Notes: a model not told the origin generated them from the sequence alone. DNA of 64,000 nucleotides from Haliotis cracherodii (GCF_022045235.1 NW_027266267.1:30690001-30754000), one strand, 5' to 3'; counted from the stretch's first letter, positions 1-13,274 are shown. Translations and numbers: made by a program.

Positions 1-799
1 AAACTGGCTGCTTGTCTTTCAGACCTGTGACCTACGGCAGTGACCGTCCTCACGAGAAGTTGTGGTACTGTATTCTAAAGGTGTTTTCCAACATCTCGTC
101 AGTCCAAAAGAGTAGACTCATTTTGACTTGACTCTATGCACTTCCGGTTGAAAAGGGGTGAATGTTCCTTGCAGTCCGATCGGCTAAATTAAATCAACGT
201 CATCAAACTTTGATCAAAGTGGGGAAATACAGATCGGATAGCGCTAGACTGGTACACTGCCCTTCGACTCCTAGCGGCTGCAGGCGAGGAGCGTAAGCAC
301 TTTAGGGAAGGTAAACCAGTCCAGGACAGGACGTGGCTCTTTTTATGAATGTTTTGATACATATATTTATAAAATTATTGTTGTATTTTGTAGTGTACGC
401 ATATCATTATACACATGTGAGACAAAGATAAAGTTTCTTATAAAAGTTTGGTTACATGTTTCCAATGATGACTAATTCCAATGTAATTTTCTCAAACCCA
501 TAACAAACAAATAGAGATTGCTGCACTGCATCAATTGTCCCCCGCCATGTAAGTGTAAGCAATGGGAGGAGAGGATTGGTGCAAGGTACAATTTGGTTGA
601 TATCGCAGGAAAGCACAATAAAAGCAACAAATTATGTGTCTTAACATGGTCAGCACAAGGAAAGCCAATAACACAGCTGACAGATACACATATCTATGTA
701 CACAACTACATAAAAAAGGAAGTTCAAAAGTTGTATACAGACACTCACTAGGAAAGCAACAGCTAGGTACTTACCATAGATATAAAAAACCACATCAGT

Positions 800-1618
800 C
801 TTTCATGATGCTGTCCCGGTAAAGTTCGCACTAAAATTGTTAAAACCCTTATAAACCAATCATGCATGGAAGTTAGGGGTGTAGAGTTTGCAAAATTAAA
901 AAATATATTGAAACGCTTCTCCCAGAAAGGCTAAAGATTCAGTTTTGTAAATCATTACTTGGAGTAGGCAAGAAAAAACTTAACCGTGATTGTCAGGCAG
1001 AACTTGGTATATATCAACTAGAAGAACCTATAATAATTTTTTATTACAAGTCCTATATAGATAATCTAACATGCAGATGTCATTCTTAAACAGGTTTGGA
1101 AGCAAATATCAATCTTTCTGGTCAAAATGTTGGCTGGCGTCATAAATTCAATAAAATAGAACAAACTTTTAAAATAGTAAACACGAATAAATGTAATAAA
1201 TCAACTGTAAATAATATCCAGTCCAAATGTCAAGACATGTTCAAGCATTCATTAAGATATTTTCTGATATCCAACAGAAAGTTAAGAACATGCAGGTTGG
1301 TCAAGACATCTATAAATATTAAGAATTATCTTGCATATTGTAAAAACAAAGCTCATTTGTCAGATTTCTCAAACCTTCGTTTAACTTATCAGAAACTAAA
1401 AAATGAAACTGGTAGATATGCAAAAACAACAACCCCTCTGGAACAACGACTCTGTGAAACATGTTATAATGTCTGAGAAAATGAGCAACACTATGAACAA
1501 TCAAGAAAGAGAATCACTTCTACAAATATTCCTCAATCATGATAAAGAATTTGGTACACTCTGTAAAAAGGAACAATTCTTAATAATTTTTACCAACAGA
1601 TATCCAGAAACAATGTCC
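800..1618 (+). mobile_element. Degenerate LINE 3' fragment (RTE-X-like ORF2 C-terminus)
   Basis: Frameshifted motifs QFCKSLLGV..CQAELGIYQL, KLRTCRLVK and LRLTYQKLKNETGRYAKTTTPLEQRLCETC match the post-RT/zinc-finger region of RTE-X/CR1-like LINEs. Confidence 0.75.
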
Positions 1619-2620
1619 ATGATCAATAGAGGTTATCACGCGAGTGTGTTTGGGGATGGTAAATATCCTGTATTAGGAATACATAGTGTTTATTCCTAAT
1701 ACAGGATATTTACCATCCCCAAACAGACAAGTGTGATAACCTCTTTATCATATAATGTCATTCTTTAATTTTGTTTGAAAATCGCTTTCCCTCCCTCACG
1801 AAAATTACCTAAACATTGCGAGTTTTCCTGGAATGCGCGCATTAATATTTATTACGTCACAGGGTAAGTGATGTGTCAGTCGGACAGTGACAGTAGCCAA
1901 TATAATTCCAACTGAAATCTGTTTCTTTTACAGTGGCGAAGCAAAATATACGCATAACAAATAAAAATTTACATGCTTTTCGCGGCAATCCATCTGTCTG
2001 TCCGCTGGAGTAACTGCCCTTTGTCAAAGGGAAGGCTACTCTAACCCTAGTCTATGAGACGTCATGGCCACGATCAGACGTTGTTGAGAGTCGGCCTGTC
2101 CTGTCAAAACGTTAGAAGTGCAATCAGATGTACACACAGCGACAAAACGAAAGAAGGTAACAATTCAAATATATTTCGGCCAAATCCAACTATTTTATTT
2201 TGTGGAAAAGGTTTCAAGCCGCAGAGTTCTACAAGCACAGATGTGGCTACTGATCCCGCTTGGCTAGGGCTAGCCTAGTGCCCTCGCAAAATTGTTTCGA
2301 AATTTATATGTCCAAAGTTGCCAAAACTTATAAAATGCCTTAGCGACGTCACAGTTAGACACTGAAGTATATTAGTAAGTATATTAGACTGCTCTTTTGC
2401 TTATGAAAGCAATTATCTCTGTAGTTTATCCAGATTCCCGATTGGTAATTCTGACACGATCGCCGAATGACAAGGGCGACGCCATGTTTGTTTATAAACA
2501 CACAAAGTAGTCCCTACTTGACCTTTGATATTTGCATCTCTATCCGCATATGACCCCAACGGATATCGTTTTTATCCGTTGGCTTTATCCTGCCGAGAAA
2601 CCTACCCATTATATGATAAA
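1619..2620. mobile_element. Putative non-autonomous Crypton-like element with long subterminal palindrome
   Basis: Perfect 35-bp inverted repeat (1647-1681 / 1691-1725, 9-nt spacer, imperfectly extending to 1628-1744). A 10-bp stem lies at 2556-2582. Ends are ATGATCAA / ATGATAAA. No ORF. The family assignment is inference. Confidence 0.45.
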
Positions 2621-2795
2621 TTATCATATTTACAGTTTACCATACTTTTGTTCAGTTAACATATTGTTTCCATGTCGTTATAAAATACTTGTTTTAAAAT
2701 GAAATTGCTATAATGTACCTCCTTTATACGTTTAATGTATCTGTGTGTTCTGTACTTACAGTGCATATATTTTGTAGTTTATAGAATGCAATTCA

Positions 2796-2830
2796 AAGCG
2801 GCGTTAAACCCTACTCATTGACTCTCTCAT
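2796..2830 (+). mobile_element. SINE 3' tail remnant
   Basis: aagcggcgttaaaccctactca matches the tail of the full SINE at 21244. Confidence 0.5.
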
Positions 2831-4005
2831 TACTGTTTTGCACAGTTCCGTTTGGTTAGCTATGTTTGTGTTGTGATTACTTCCGGTTTAGAGTTGAAAT
2901 ATGTTCAGAAGAATGTTACTATGTTCAACCCAACATTGTGAATATATCATGCAACCGTATTATTGTTTAGGAAAATAATCGCGAACTACAGACCAACATG
3001 TTGTTTACCTATGTATCCAGAAGGAAAGAACATACACGCGTGTATAATCTCTGCCGGAAGTTAAATAAACTGTCAAAGCAATATACCATGTAGAACCGTA
3101 AAACGCCGCATGAAACGGCATGAATCATACATTACATACAGCGAACTACTTGAACCAATGCTGTGCTCAACTTTGCACACCATGCATGTGATTATGAAGA
3201 CATCTAATTACGAAGTTCTCATATAAACCCCCTGTTTCATATGTGTTGTTTATTTAACAAAGTCATACTTTATAGAAGTCTAGTATTTATTCGTGTTGAA
3301 CAATAAGTTGCAATAGGAGTGTGAAGGGAAAAAGATTGAGTGCGCGTACGTGCTTGACCTGAATTCCTCCCTGGCATTTTCTCTCTGTTGCCTGAATAAC
3401 ATACGCTACATTACAAAGGTAGTGCGCAATGTAGCTATTCAGTTAATATATAAGGGGGATAATCACTCACTCTCCAAACCCGCAGCTGCTTACAGCTTGA
3501 ATAAGATACGATGTACATCATTGCAAGGTCAGTGCGTGTTAAAGCTCTATACTACGCCTGCAGTTAAAGGAGATAATCGCTCAATGCACAAACGTTTATT
3601 CTTACAAAATATAAAGCGATAAACTTTAGCGAACGTTATTTCCCCAAAACATTTTAAGCTTTTTCAAAAACAAAATGAACAACTTGCAAGGATTATCTAA
3701 GTCACAGAATGTGACAAGGGATATTGGTTAAAACATGTCAAGATTAAGTTACTCTCATTTTACAGACTCCAAGTTCAGAAAAAAACGAAATGGCTCTCTC
3801 CTTAAGTCAAAAACAAATTAACCGCTCCACTTCCCGCCTGGCGCCGTGCAATCATATTCCGTTTATGTGCCTTGATGTGATCAGGTTCAGTACTAGCATT
3901 CATGTGATATTCGTCTAGCCTGCATTCATGGAAGTCTTTTTACTGCTGCCGCAATGTTGTAAAGTTCTGTACTGCCTTCATATGATATGTTTATACTGCC
4001 CTCCA

Positions 4006-4290
4006 TGTGACAGTGTTTTATCCTACATTCACGTGACTGTGTTATATCCTACATTCACGTGGCTGTGTTATATCCGACATTCACGTGACTGTGTTATATC
4101 CTACATTCAAGTGACTGTGCTATATCCTACATTCAAGTGACTATGCTGTATTCTACATTCACGTGACTGTGCTATATCCTACATTCAAGTGACTGTGTTA
4201 TATTCGACATTCACGTGGCAATGTTATATCTGACATTCACGTGACTGTTATATCCTACATTCACGTCACCGTGTTATATCCGACATTCAC
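4006..4290. repeat. 26-bp minisatellite (cacgtgactgtgttatatcctacatt)n, ~11 units
   Basis: Tandem units are directly visible. Confidence 0.95.
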
Positions 4291-5435
4291 GATGCAATGT
4301 CCCTCCTCTACAACCCTCACTCTGAAGTCGAATAAAATTAATAATACACCACCCACACAAATACACTTCACAGTTGTTAATAAGGTGGGAAATTCCCTGT
4401 TCTGTGATATCATCCACTGACATTTTAGGCCAAGCAAAAGTATCCCAACGTTACCTGAATTCGGCGTTCTCCTGTTTTCGGCGATCATGTTTCTCGCGTT
4501 ATTGTCCGGTGAAATGAATTTCAAAAATAGCATCTGTCTTTTATGAAATCTCCAATGACCTTTCCAAAACGTCGCCGATAACCCTAGAGTCGTTTCGAAT
4601 GTTTTTGAAAATACACTAACACGAACGCCGAAGTGATATCCGCCATATTGGATAGTGTTTACAAAATCACGTTTTACGTACAAAGGTTATGAGACGCCTG
4701 TAACATCACATATATTTCAAACTTAGCTGCGATACATACATCCTTGAAATCCTCATACATTTCAGCATCAAATGACCAGTGGTCTTTGTCACCAATACCA
4801 AGTGCCTAGATGAAATCAAGCAAAATAAGTAAGGTGTGAAAACGAACGCTGTGCTCGAAAAACTGCACTTGAAATGTGAACAAAGCGAAATTCTGATTTT
4901 ACACAGTGTAGCATTTTCTCCTATTTTGAGCTATCCATTCGTCTTTTCGTTCAAGATATTGGCTGAGCATTTACAGAATATGCACGGGAAGAGAATCGTA
5001 GGAAGAATTAGGGAATTTAAAATAGATACATTGCAATGATTTGATATTTTCAACATAAATTGTCAAAGTTACAGTCCTGTGTGACGCCTTGACTAACGCA
5101 AAATCACGCACAACGACAACGGTATTTATCGGAATTTCTGACTATTTCCGTTGGTTTCAATGAAAACTATAACAACAAATAACAGTACATAGATTGTCAG
5201 AATGCTTCTGATTACTTACATGTCACATTAATGTTTATACGATCCCTGAATCAACGAAAGTCCCCTCGTAAAATCCCGCGTAAGGTTGACAGTGAACACG
5301 CTATTTTGTAAAAGTGGGTCACCGGAAGTGATGTCATACGTCAACATTGTTGTACATATTTGGTAATTTCTTTGAGGTGAAGGTCCTTGAATGAGAGTGG
5401 ACACGATCATTGTATCATGCTGTTTTGGGGGTTTT

Positions 5436-5950
5436 TTTTCGATACTATCTTGGAATTTCATGATACTGAGTTGAAATTTCAAGATACTAAGTAAGATAGT
5501 ATCGAAAAAAATATATTAAAAAATGGCCCTATAAGGCTTCCGTAGGACCTTGAAATTTCAAGATTATTCACTTCAAACGTATTTTATATCTTAGGATGTT
5601 AACTTATTATCTTGAAATTTCAACTTAGTATTTTCAAATTTCAACTTAATATCTTGAAATTTCAAGATAGTATCTTCAAATTTCAACTTAATATCTTGAA
5701 ATGTATTGAAATTTCAAGATAGTATCTTGAAATTTCAACTTAATATCTTGAAATTTCAACTTAAAATCTTGAAATATATTGAAATATCAACTTCTGTATC
5801 TTGAAATTTCAAGATAGTATCTTGAATTTTCAACTTAATATCTTGAATTTTCAACTTAGTTTCTTGAAATTTCAACTAAGTATCTTGAAATTTCAAGATA
5901 GTATCGACAAAAATATCGAAAAAAACAAATGGCCCTAAAAGGCTTCCGTA
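5436..5950. mobile_element. MITE-like element with internal ttgaaatttcaa repeats and a duplicated end
   Basis: Many copies of the palindrome (tc)ttgaaatttcaa(ga). The terminus aaatggcccta(t/a)aaggcttccgta occurs twice in the same orientation (ending 5544 and 5950). Confidence 0.6.
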
Positions 5951-7721
5951 AGATTTTGCATATCTTTTATACATTTTTTCACACACTTTGTCACATTAAT
6001 TTCACTTTGGATATTTGTCAATACCCGTTCAAAATGATATCATACGTAAATATAAGCCACAATTAACATGTATGAACGAACCTTTTATAATCTGCTGTGT
6101 GTTTGAACATTGTTTATAGTGTCGAATACGATATTTCTTTCCTTTGGACAAGTGTTACAAGATGAAGTGTAAATGTTACTGCAGCATGTTCGTATTTCTA
6201 AGGATGTGTAATAGTCAAGATTTTAAGTTCATATAACCAATGTCCACGAATAGCTAAAACTGAATATATTACTGTAACCAAATGGATAATATTTTTTGTT
6301 AAAATATATGCACACATTTCTGAAAGAATTGTCTTGGTCTTGGAATTCGCCAGATGCGGGTTAGTCACAAACAATTTACGATTTATTCCTCTCGTTTTGC
6401 ATTATATAATCAATGGATTCATTCTTTTTTCAATATTGTGATCACAGGATATTAAACTGTTTACTTTATTTCGCCATGTACCCCGTTGGTTCAACCGTAT
6501 ACGATTATCCTGATAATTCTATATCAATAAAGCTTTCTTCGCATCTTTTATTGTGTAATTTTGGTGTTTTTTTTAAATATTCCTCTTGGTATTTCATTAC
6601 GTAAATTGATGCCAAACAGGTGCGTGTCTTGCCCAATTAAGATACATGATAAACAATTATAATTGTTTATATATTCAAGACATTATTTACTTGGTGAGAG
6701 CAGTCATTTTATGTTGTGTCGAAAAAGCGTCAAACTCCGTTTAACACATCGTGATTTTTCATCCCATGAACGTAAATTAGGGGAGATATATATTAATCAA
6801 AATACCAGTGTCGTCTTTCTCAGACGTTATCAAAGCCATAACACCAACCATGACGTCAAATAGAATGGTGTTATTTTTGGGTATTTCATTACATTTGATG
6901 ATAAGGCTAGTGCTCCATTAATAATGGTGCAACATGAGTCAGATTACACTTACACTGTCAGGAGAATGCTGGAATCTAAGAGCTAAGATAGGACCATCCA
7001 TTTCTCTATTACCTCTTTTTTATGAAGTACGATTTCATCATTTCTTATGGGTATATTTTATAACTGAACGTATACAGTTTCAATATCGACAATTGTCTTG
7101 GAATAGTTTAGTTCCTTGTGAACAAAACATCACGAAAATATATTGACCTTACCCACAGCTAATTCTCACCAAGCAACCTGAGTTACAATAAACTAGTGCT
7201 AAGCAAGGCGGAGTTATGCCCCCTTTTCTTTGAACGTGTGTAACTTCTCTGTCGCCTTTTGACGTCATAGAGTTAAATCAGTTGTTGTCATTTACGGCAG
7301 ACTATTTTTTGCATTGAATGTATGTCGATATACATACGCATATAACTCCATTTGATACATATTTACGTCGTTCAGATATTAGGCAGTATTTTGTTCGCTC
7401 ACAGTTTCGGTAAAGCTGCTAAATAAATCGTCGCACAGTACTATTATCGGTGTACGATAAAAGCGTAGAACTTTCCTTTTTTTTCAACGCAGAATACATT
7501 CTCGGACAACACTTAGCAATGTCTTTTTTTCAAACCGGTTAAATATTTAAGATTAGATTTACACCATCAGATAGGAAATTTCATATTCTACATCTCTGCG
7601 TAATTTTATAGCCGGAGGTAGATCCAGTGAGCAATTCTCGCACAACCTTCACTTTTCCGATCTTAGGAAAATGTGCGTCAGAAAAAAACTCGGCATCCAG
7701 GGGTGTTGAAGTAGATAGGCA

Positions 7722-7881
7722 GGACCCGTGAAGATCCGGTGAAATACGTCTTTAGCAACCCATGCTTGCCGTAAAAGGTGATTGTGCGTGAGCGGTGACT
7801 AACGGGATCGGATGGTCAGGCTCGCTGATTTGGTTGATGCATGTCATAGTATCCTAATTGCGTGGATCGATGCTCATGATG
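7722..7881 (+). mobile_element. Short non-autonomous retroposon with non-tRNA head, 3' truncated
   Basis: Homologous to 51270-51404 (minus) and 53831-53896: gacccgtgaagatcc..catgcttg..gactaacgggatcgg..gatcgatgctcatgatg. Confidence 0.7.
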
Positions 7882-7900
7882 TCCCGACTTGATTAATCGG

Positions 7901-8030
7901 GAGAGGTCCGATCCAGCATTTATAAAAGGGAGGGGGACAAAATATCAAAAGTCCGCCCCACACCTTTTCAAAACCAAATATAGTATGTTGTACTCCTCTC
8001 CCTTTTTTAAATGCTGGAACGGAGCCCTCG
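7901..8030. mobile_element. Small foldback MITE
   Basis: Imperfect ~40-bp inverted arms: tccgatccagcatttataaaagggag / ctcccttttttaaatgctggaacgga. Confidence 0.55.
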
Positions 8031-8375
8031 CTTTTAAAACTGCTTGATTTGCCCTTAAGTATAGGGGTTACGATAACCTTAGTGCTACCATAGCTTGGTG
8101 GAACGGCCTTTGTATGGTATTAAATTAATACGTGTAAAGTTAAAACGCGTTTGAAGTATTATTCTGGTAAACAATTAGATTATGATGTGGATCATGTAGA
8201 TGTCTGCCTGTTCACACAGGACTGTGAAATATTTCACAAAACCTACAAACGGCAAAAAATAAAAACAAAACTAACCTCGCTCCCGTGTAATACCAATTTT
8301 ATGAAATGAGTGAATAGTTCTGGTATCTGAGGGGCGAAATAAAATTGGTATAACACGGGCGCACGTTTAGTATTC

Positions 8376-8697
8376 CCTGCATTCCCGTGACTGTGTTATA
8401 TCCTGCATTCCCGTGACTGTGTTATATCCTGCATTCCCGTGACTGTGTTATATCCTGCATTCCCGTGACTGTGTTATATCCTGCATTCCCGTGACTGTGT
8501 TATATCCTGCATTCCCGTGACTGTGTTATATCCTGCGTTCCCGTGACTGTGTTATATCCTGCATTCCCGTGACTGTGTTATATCCGACAGCCCAATGACA
8601 GTGTTATATCCTGTATTAATGTGACAATGTTAACTCCGAGAATCACGTGACTGTTATATGCTACATTCACGTGACTGATATATCCTACATTCACATG
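8376..8697. repeat. 26-bp minisatellite (cccgtgactgtgttatatcctgcatt)n, ~12 units, same family as 4006-4290
   Basis: The first ~8 units are nearly identical; later units degenerate back toward the cacgtg/tacatt variant. Confidence 0.95.
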
Positions 8698-8859
8698 ACA
8701 TGAAATTAAATCAATTAACACTTTTAAATTTGCGACTGTATTAAAAACATCAACGCCAAATTCTACGCCGGTTTATGTAGAATTTGGCAGCGAACCGCAA
8801 TATATTCTGACATAATCTCGCAACACCTACGAGTGATGAATCAAAGTATTATGTAGCCA

Positions 8860-9080
8860 ATACATGGCTAATATGGATTGAAAATATATTAAATAATTGT
8901 GGACCATCACATATTATTAACAACCAAATTATTTCCAATACTGGTTGTTAAGGTACGTAAGGTTTCAAAGGACTCATTTGTACAAGAATGGAGAAGTGAT
9001 ATGGCATTGACTTCTCAGGTTATGTTTATCAATATATGAAACAGACGCCAAAATTTGAAAGATACATTTCATTGGTGTAA
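8860..9080 (+). mobile_element. RTE-X-like LINE fragment
   Basis: WLIWIENILNNCGPSHI..DSFVQEWRSDM..MKQTPKFERYI, typical of the post-RT region. Confidence 0.6.
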
Positions 9081-10959
9081 AGTATTTATACCTGAAACTC
9101 AAACTTCGGTTGCAGATGAATTTCAATATTTATTTTGATGTCTCGTTCTGTAAATATAGACTTTTATATTTACCTGTCGCTTACCAGAATTAAGGGCCTA
9201 ATTTTTATACATGTGTGCGGTTATTGTACATCAAAATGCTAGCGGTCTTAGGAATTCGTCGATATTTATGTTTGAAATTTCTGAAGCTGCAAGAAAAGAT
9301 CAAACAGGATGTAATACATTCCTGCACGGCATGCTTGCCACATATTTATAATGCATGCATAAATGATTATTCTTGTATTCTTTGTATTACCGCCGGTGGT
9401 TTGAAGAAAACAAATTGTTCTCATATAGCCGTACTCGGACGGTCGTCGCTCTTCCACTCCAGCGTGAAGGCTTCGCGCTAAAGTTCATGACCATTAATGA
9501 ACATGAACCACAGAATGTACGGCTTTAAATTACCTTTATGATAACTACTTCTCAGAGTACTTGATACATTCAGCTGATATTTGGGGAGCACGGCTGGCCG
9601 TGGTCTACAACTTGACAAAGACGAATGAAGGAGTCATAGCTATCCTCTAATGCCTCCGACGAACTGTCCGTGGAACATTTCCAAAAGTACATTCTGAGGG
9701 TAAAAGTTTCCCGCCTTTTTCATCAACCTTGAATGTGTTTACATTTTCAGCAGATGCACAAGGTGATCGCTCAATGGAATATTTGAAGCCAAACTAGAAC
9801 TCGCTGCCTGCAACATGTGCAGTTGTCAGATATGTTTAGACAAGGTACTAGTTCATTTGACGAAATTAACGAGAGATTACGATCAATGTATACTGTTAAA
9901 ATATAATTTTCTCATTTCTCTCGGTTGACTTAGTTAAAACAATAATATGACCTATTACACTACCTTCACCTGTGCAGGAGAAACTATAACCTATATTACA
10001 GCGCCATGGCTCCACTAGCTGTTGATGTAGCCTTGAATGTTCTCTCAGTTGCTGGTATATAGAGGGGACTGCAACTGTTTGTTCTTACCTTTAAATGACA
10101 TCTATGGTAAAGTGGAATATTACACTCCCTTCAATTCATATCAAGTTTATATTCCTTCGTGAAATAATAGAAGCTCGTGTAATATCCTGTAAATTCCCCT
10201 CATTATACTCTGTGATCATTATTTTCCAGGAGGAGGTAAGTGTTGTCAAGTTGCACGTACATTGAGGTGCAGTGGTCAAGTTGGATGGGGTTGTGTTTGA
10301 AAGAGCTTTTATACATAACAAATCGTTTGTACGATTGGTCTTCATGTTACCATGTTTCATGGGTAAACTGTGACATGACTCTTGCTAAGGTACACAGCTG
10401 GTAAGTTTGGCCAGTTTTAAAGACGTCACAAGTTTTCATTTAGATGGTATCGAAGATATTCTCATTATATTATACAACCTGACATATTTTCTGTTACAGG
10501 TCCCTTAAGTTGTAAACTGTATTGTCTCACATAAGAGTGTTGAGGCCGGGCTCTGCTTGTTTACCTGCTATATTTGTTAATCGTTCAATGCTAAAATGTG
10601 TTCACACTCTTGGTCTGCTTCACTGAAGCATTAATATATCTTATTGTTGATATTCAGACGAGTGGCATATCTGAAGGTTTAGTGACTTTAAAGAAATCAT
10701 TGCCCAAATTCTACTTACTGGTTCATATTCTGCAACCAGGAAATTAATATGAATTTTAACAATTCTGTTATTGTTAGTATGTCAACATCACTGGACACAT
10801 GCCTTAGGCCCAAGTACATAAAATGTCAATTTTGAAAATACAAAAACAAGAGTTGCAGCAAAATCATGTTACTACAGAAAGGAACTGCGTAAAATTAAAG
10901 CACCCCCAAACAATGTGAGTAAGGCAATAAACGAGACAGATTACTGTATTTCAAGAAAT

Positions 10960-11380
10960 GAATTAGGAATTTATTGTTGATGTGCGAAGGTAGATTTCTT
11001 AAATGTTTTTGACGTCTACCACATTCAGCTAGAATATCTGCTTCTGGTAATTCAAGAAGTCTAAGCAAGTATTTAACCATTCTCTACAAGGATTCCACAA
11101 AAATATAATGTCTACCACATTCTGCTAGGATAGCGACATTAGTTAAATTATAGAAGAAGAACAATATCGTTCTTATATGATATACATACGTTTTGCGCCC
11201 TACCTTGTCCAGGTTGTACTACATAAGGTTACACTGTTTTGGATATCTGATTTCTGGTAATTCAAGAAGTCTAAACCAGTATTTAAGCATTCTCTACAAA
11301 AAATCAACAAAAATATAATGTCTACCACATTCAACTAGGAAAGCAACATTGCTTCACTTATAAAAGAAGAAGTTTATTCG
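10960..11380 (-). mobile_element. LINE fragment with internal partial duplication
   Basis: NVAILAECGRH..VKYLLRLLELPE; the ~125-bp block at 11042-11160 recurs at 11252-11370. Confidence 0.6.
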
Positions 11381-11493
11381 GTATCAAAGGCCGCACGGCT
11401 AAGAGTACCTGAGATAAACTTTACCACATTGACAGGTGAGACAACGGTATACTATCTCAATACAATATTTATGAGACATTATACAGGCAGATT

Positions 11494-12620
11494 TCATTTC
11501 AAATATATAGCAATATTTTTAATTAGTTTAACATTTGTGTTGTCATAACATGCTTTTTGGTATCGACAACTAACCATATACAACAGCCTGCACCAATACT
11601 TTATACAGCGAGTAAAATAATTGACACATAAGTAGGTTCTACCTACTTCACCTAGTAAATATAGCATTGGTTGATACTTTTTTATTAACACATGAATAAC
11701 GCTTAAAGTAAAAAATCTGGATTTTTTTTTCAAAATTTGAACGAGACGTGTACCCCCAAATTTGGATAACCCTTTGATAGGGTAATAATAGAAACAAAGC
11801 CTTTCTGGCTTGTAGTGCTAATGTTTCACACGCTTTTGACCAAATTAATCTGGATGTTAAGACAATACCTAGATAGTACAGTGGGACACTACTTTCATGT
11901 CCATTTCATATCATAAGTCCATTTTCCTGTATTTCTTAGGTATCCGCCATTTCTGAAAACAACGATACATCGCTTCTCCTGGCTAACTTCTAAAAACACC
12001 GCTTTTTAAAATAGCATTGAGTAATTTTTCTAAATATGGTAAAATGAATTAGCGTGTTTAAAAAATGAGGTTGGTATACCCGGGGATTTGCCCATTTTAA
12101 GTGACTTGATTGATTTCTCTGCTCTCTGGTAATATGTCCCGACAGATTATACATGCTGTTACAAGAAGTAGATTCATCATCGTGATGGGTCATATAATCA
12201 TTTACAGTTGCATCAAGACCATCACTGATGTTACAACGACTCGAGTTTAGTAAATCTTTAAAATAATTAAACCACTTCTCTGACGAGATATGAATCTTCT
12301 CATTGATCCATTTCTTGATACACGTGACTGAACCAACTTCACCACCTTTTCTCCTACCGTTTACAGTGTGTATTCCCCATAACTTGCATGCTTCCAATAG
12401 AGCTAACCCATTCTTATTCACTACAAGATCTTGCGTTGATCTCTCGTTAAAGTTATCAGCTAAATACAAATCTGTTAGTGGTAGGTAATTAAATCATGAT
12501 CATCGTCAATCAAAAATTCGTCATTCGATCCAACTCTGGCATTAAAATCCCCTAATGATAGGACAGGCGTATCACTACCATAGCGTGATTTAATAGCTGA
12601 TATTTTAGAGCCCATCTCTT
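11494..12620 (-). mobile_element. Internally deleted RTE-X/CR1-like LINE (APE endonuclease end plus post-RT region)
   Basis: LGDFNARVG (~12530-12560), QDLVVNKNGLALLEACKLWGIHTVNGR and LGEVGRTYL..RCIKYWCRLL. Confidence 0.8.
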
Positions 12621-13104
12621 CAATACTAACAATACCATTTAACACCTAAGATATATTTGCAAAATCGTACATGCAATTGTTCAATTACGGTCCACTTTTG
12701 GAATCCCCATATCTTAGATGCACCCTAAATAATTGAACTACAGGAGATATATTGTTCAACCTGTTAACAAGAATTTTTACAGGGGACAAGAATTTGAACT
12801 CATTTTGACCACGAAAGCTTACTTGAAAATACTTGTCTCAAATAATTATAGGTAGAAATCTTCAACTTTCTACCACCAATAGACCAAACTTCACTTTTCC
12901 TAAGTTTTCCACCATTTCAACTTCATGAAAACTCCTCCAGAGAAAGCGTATTTAACTTACTTTCTAAGGCTTGTTTAAATGTCTCTGCTTTTGCTGGACG
13001 CAAGTTTCCCGACAGCAGTGATGTTATAAGACTCAGACACAGTTAAATCTTTCTCGTGGGGTTATAACAAATGTTATATTTGGGATAACACTTTCTTAGT
13101 AAAG

Positions 13105-13205
13105 TACAGATCCTCGTACTGTTTTGGGGTTGAGTCCCGTCCGGGATTCGAACCCACACTTGCCAGAGTGAGGCACCTAACCGCCAGCACACAAAGTCAG
13201 CGATC
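13105..13205 (-). mobile_element. tRNA-derived SINE fragment
   Basis: B-box gggttcgaatccc on the minus strand (13143-13155); no complete cloverleaf. Confidence 0.5.
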
Positions 13206-13274
13206 TACAACATATGGCTACAACATAAGTTAATTAAGTCTTTGCCATGGTGATTGATCTCACAACCTCGTATT

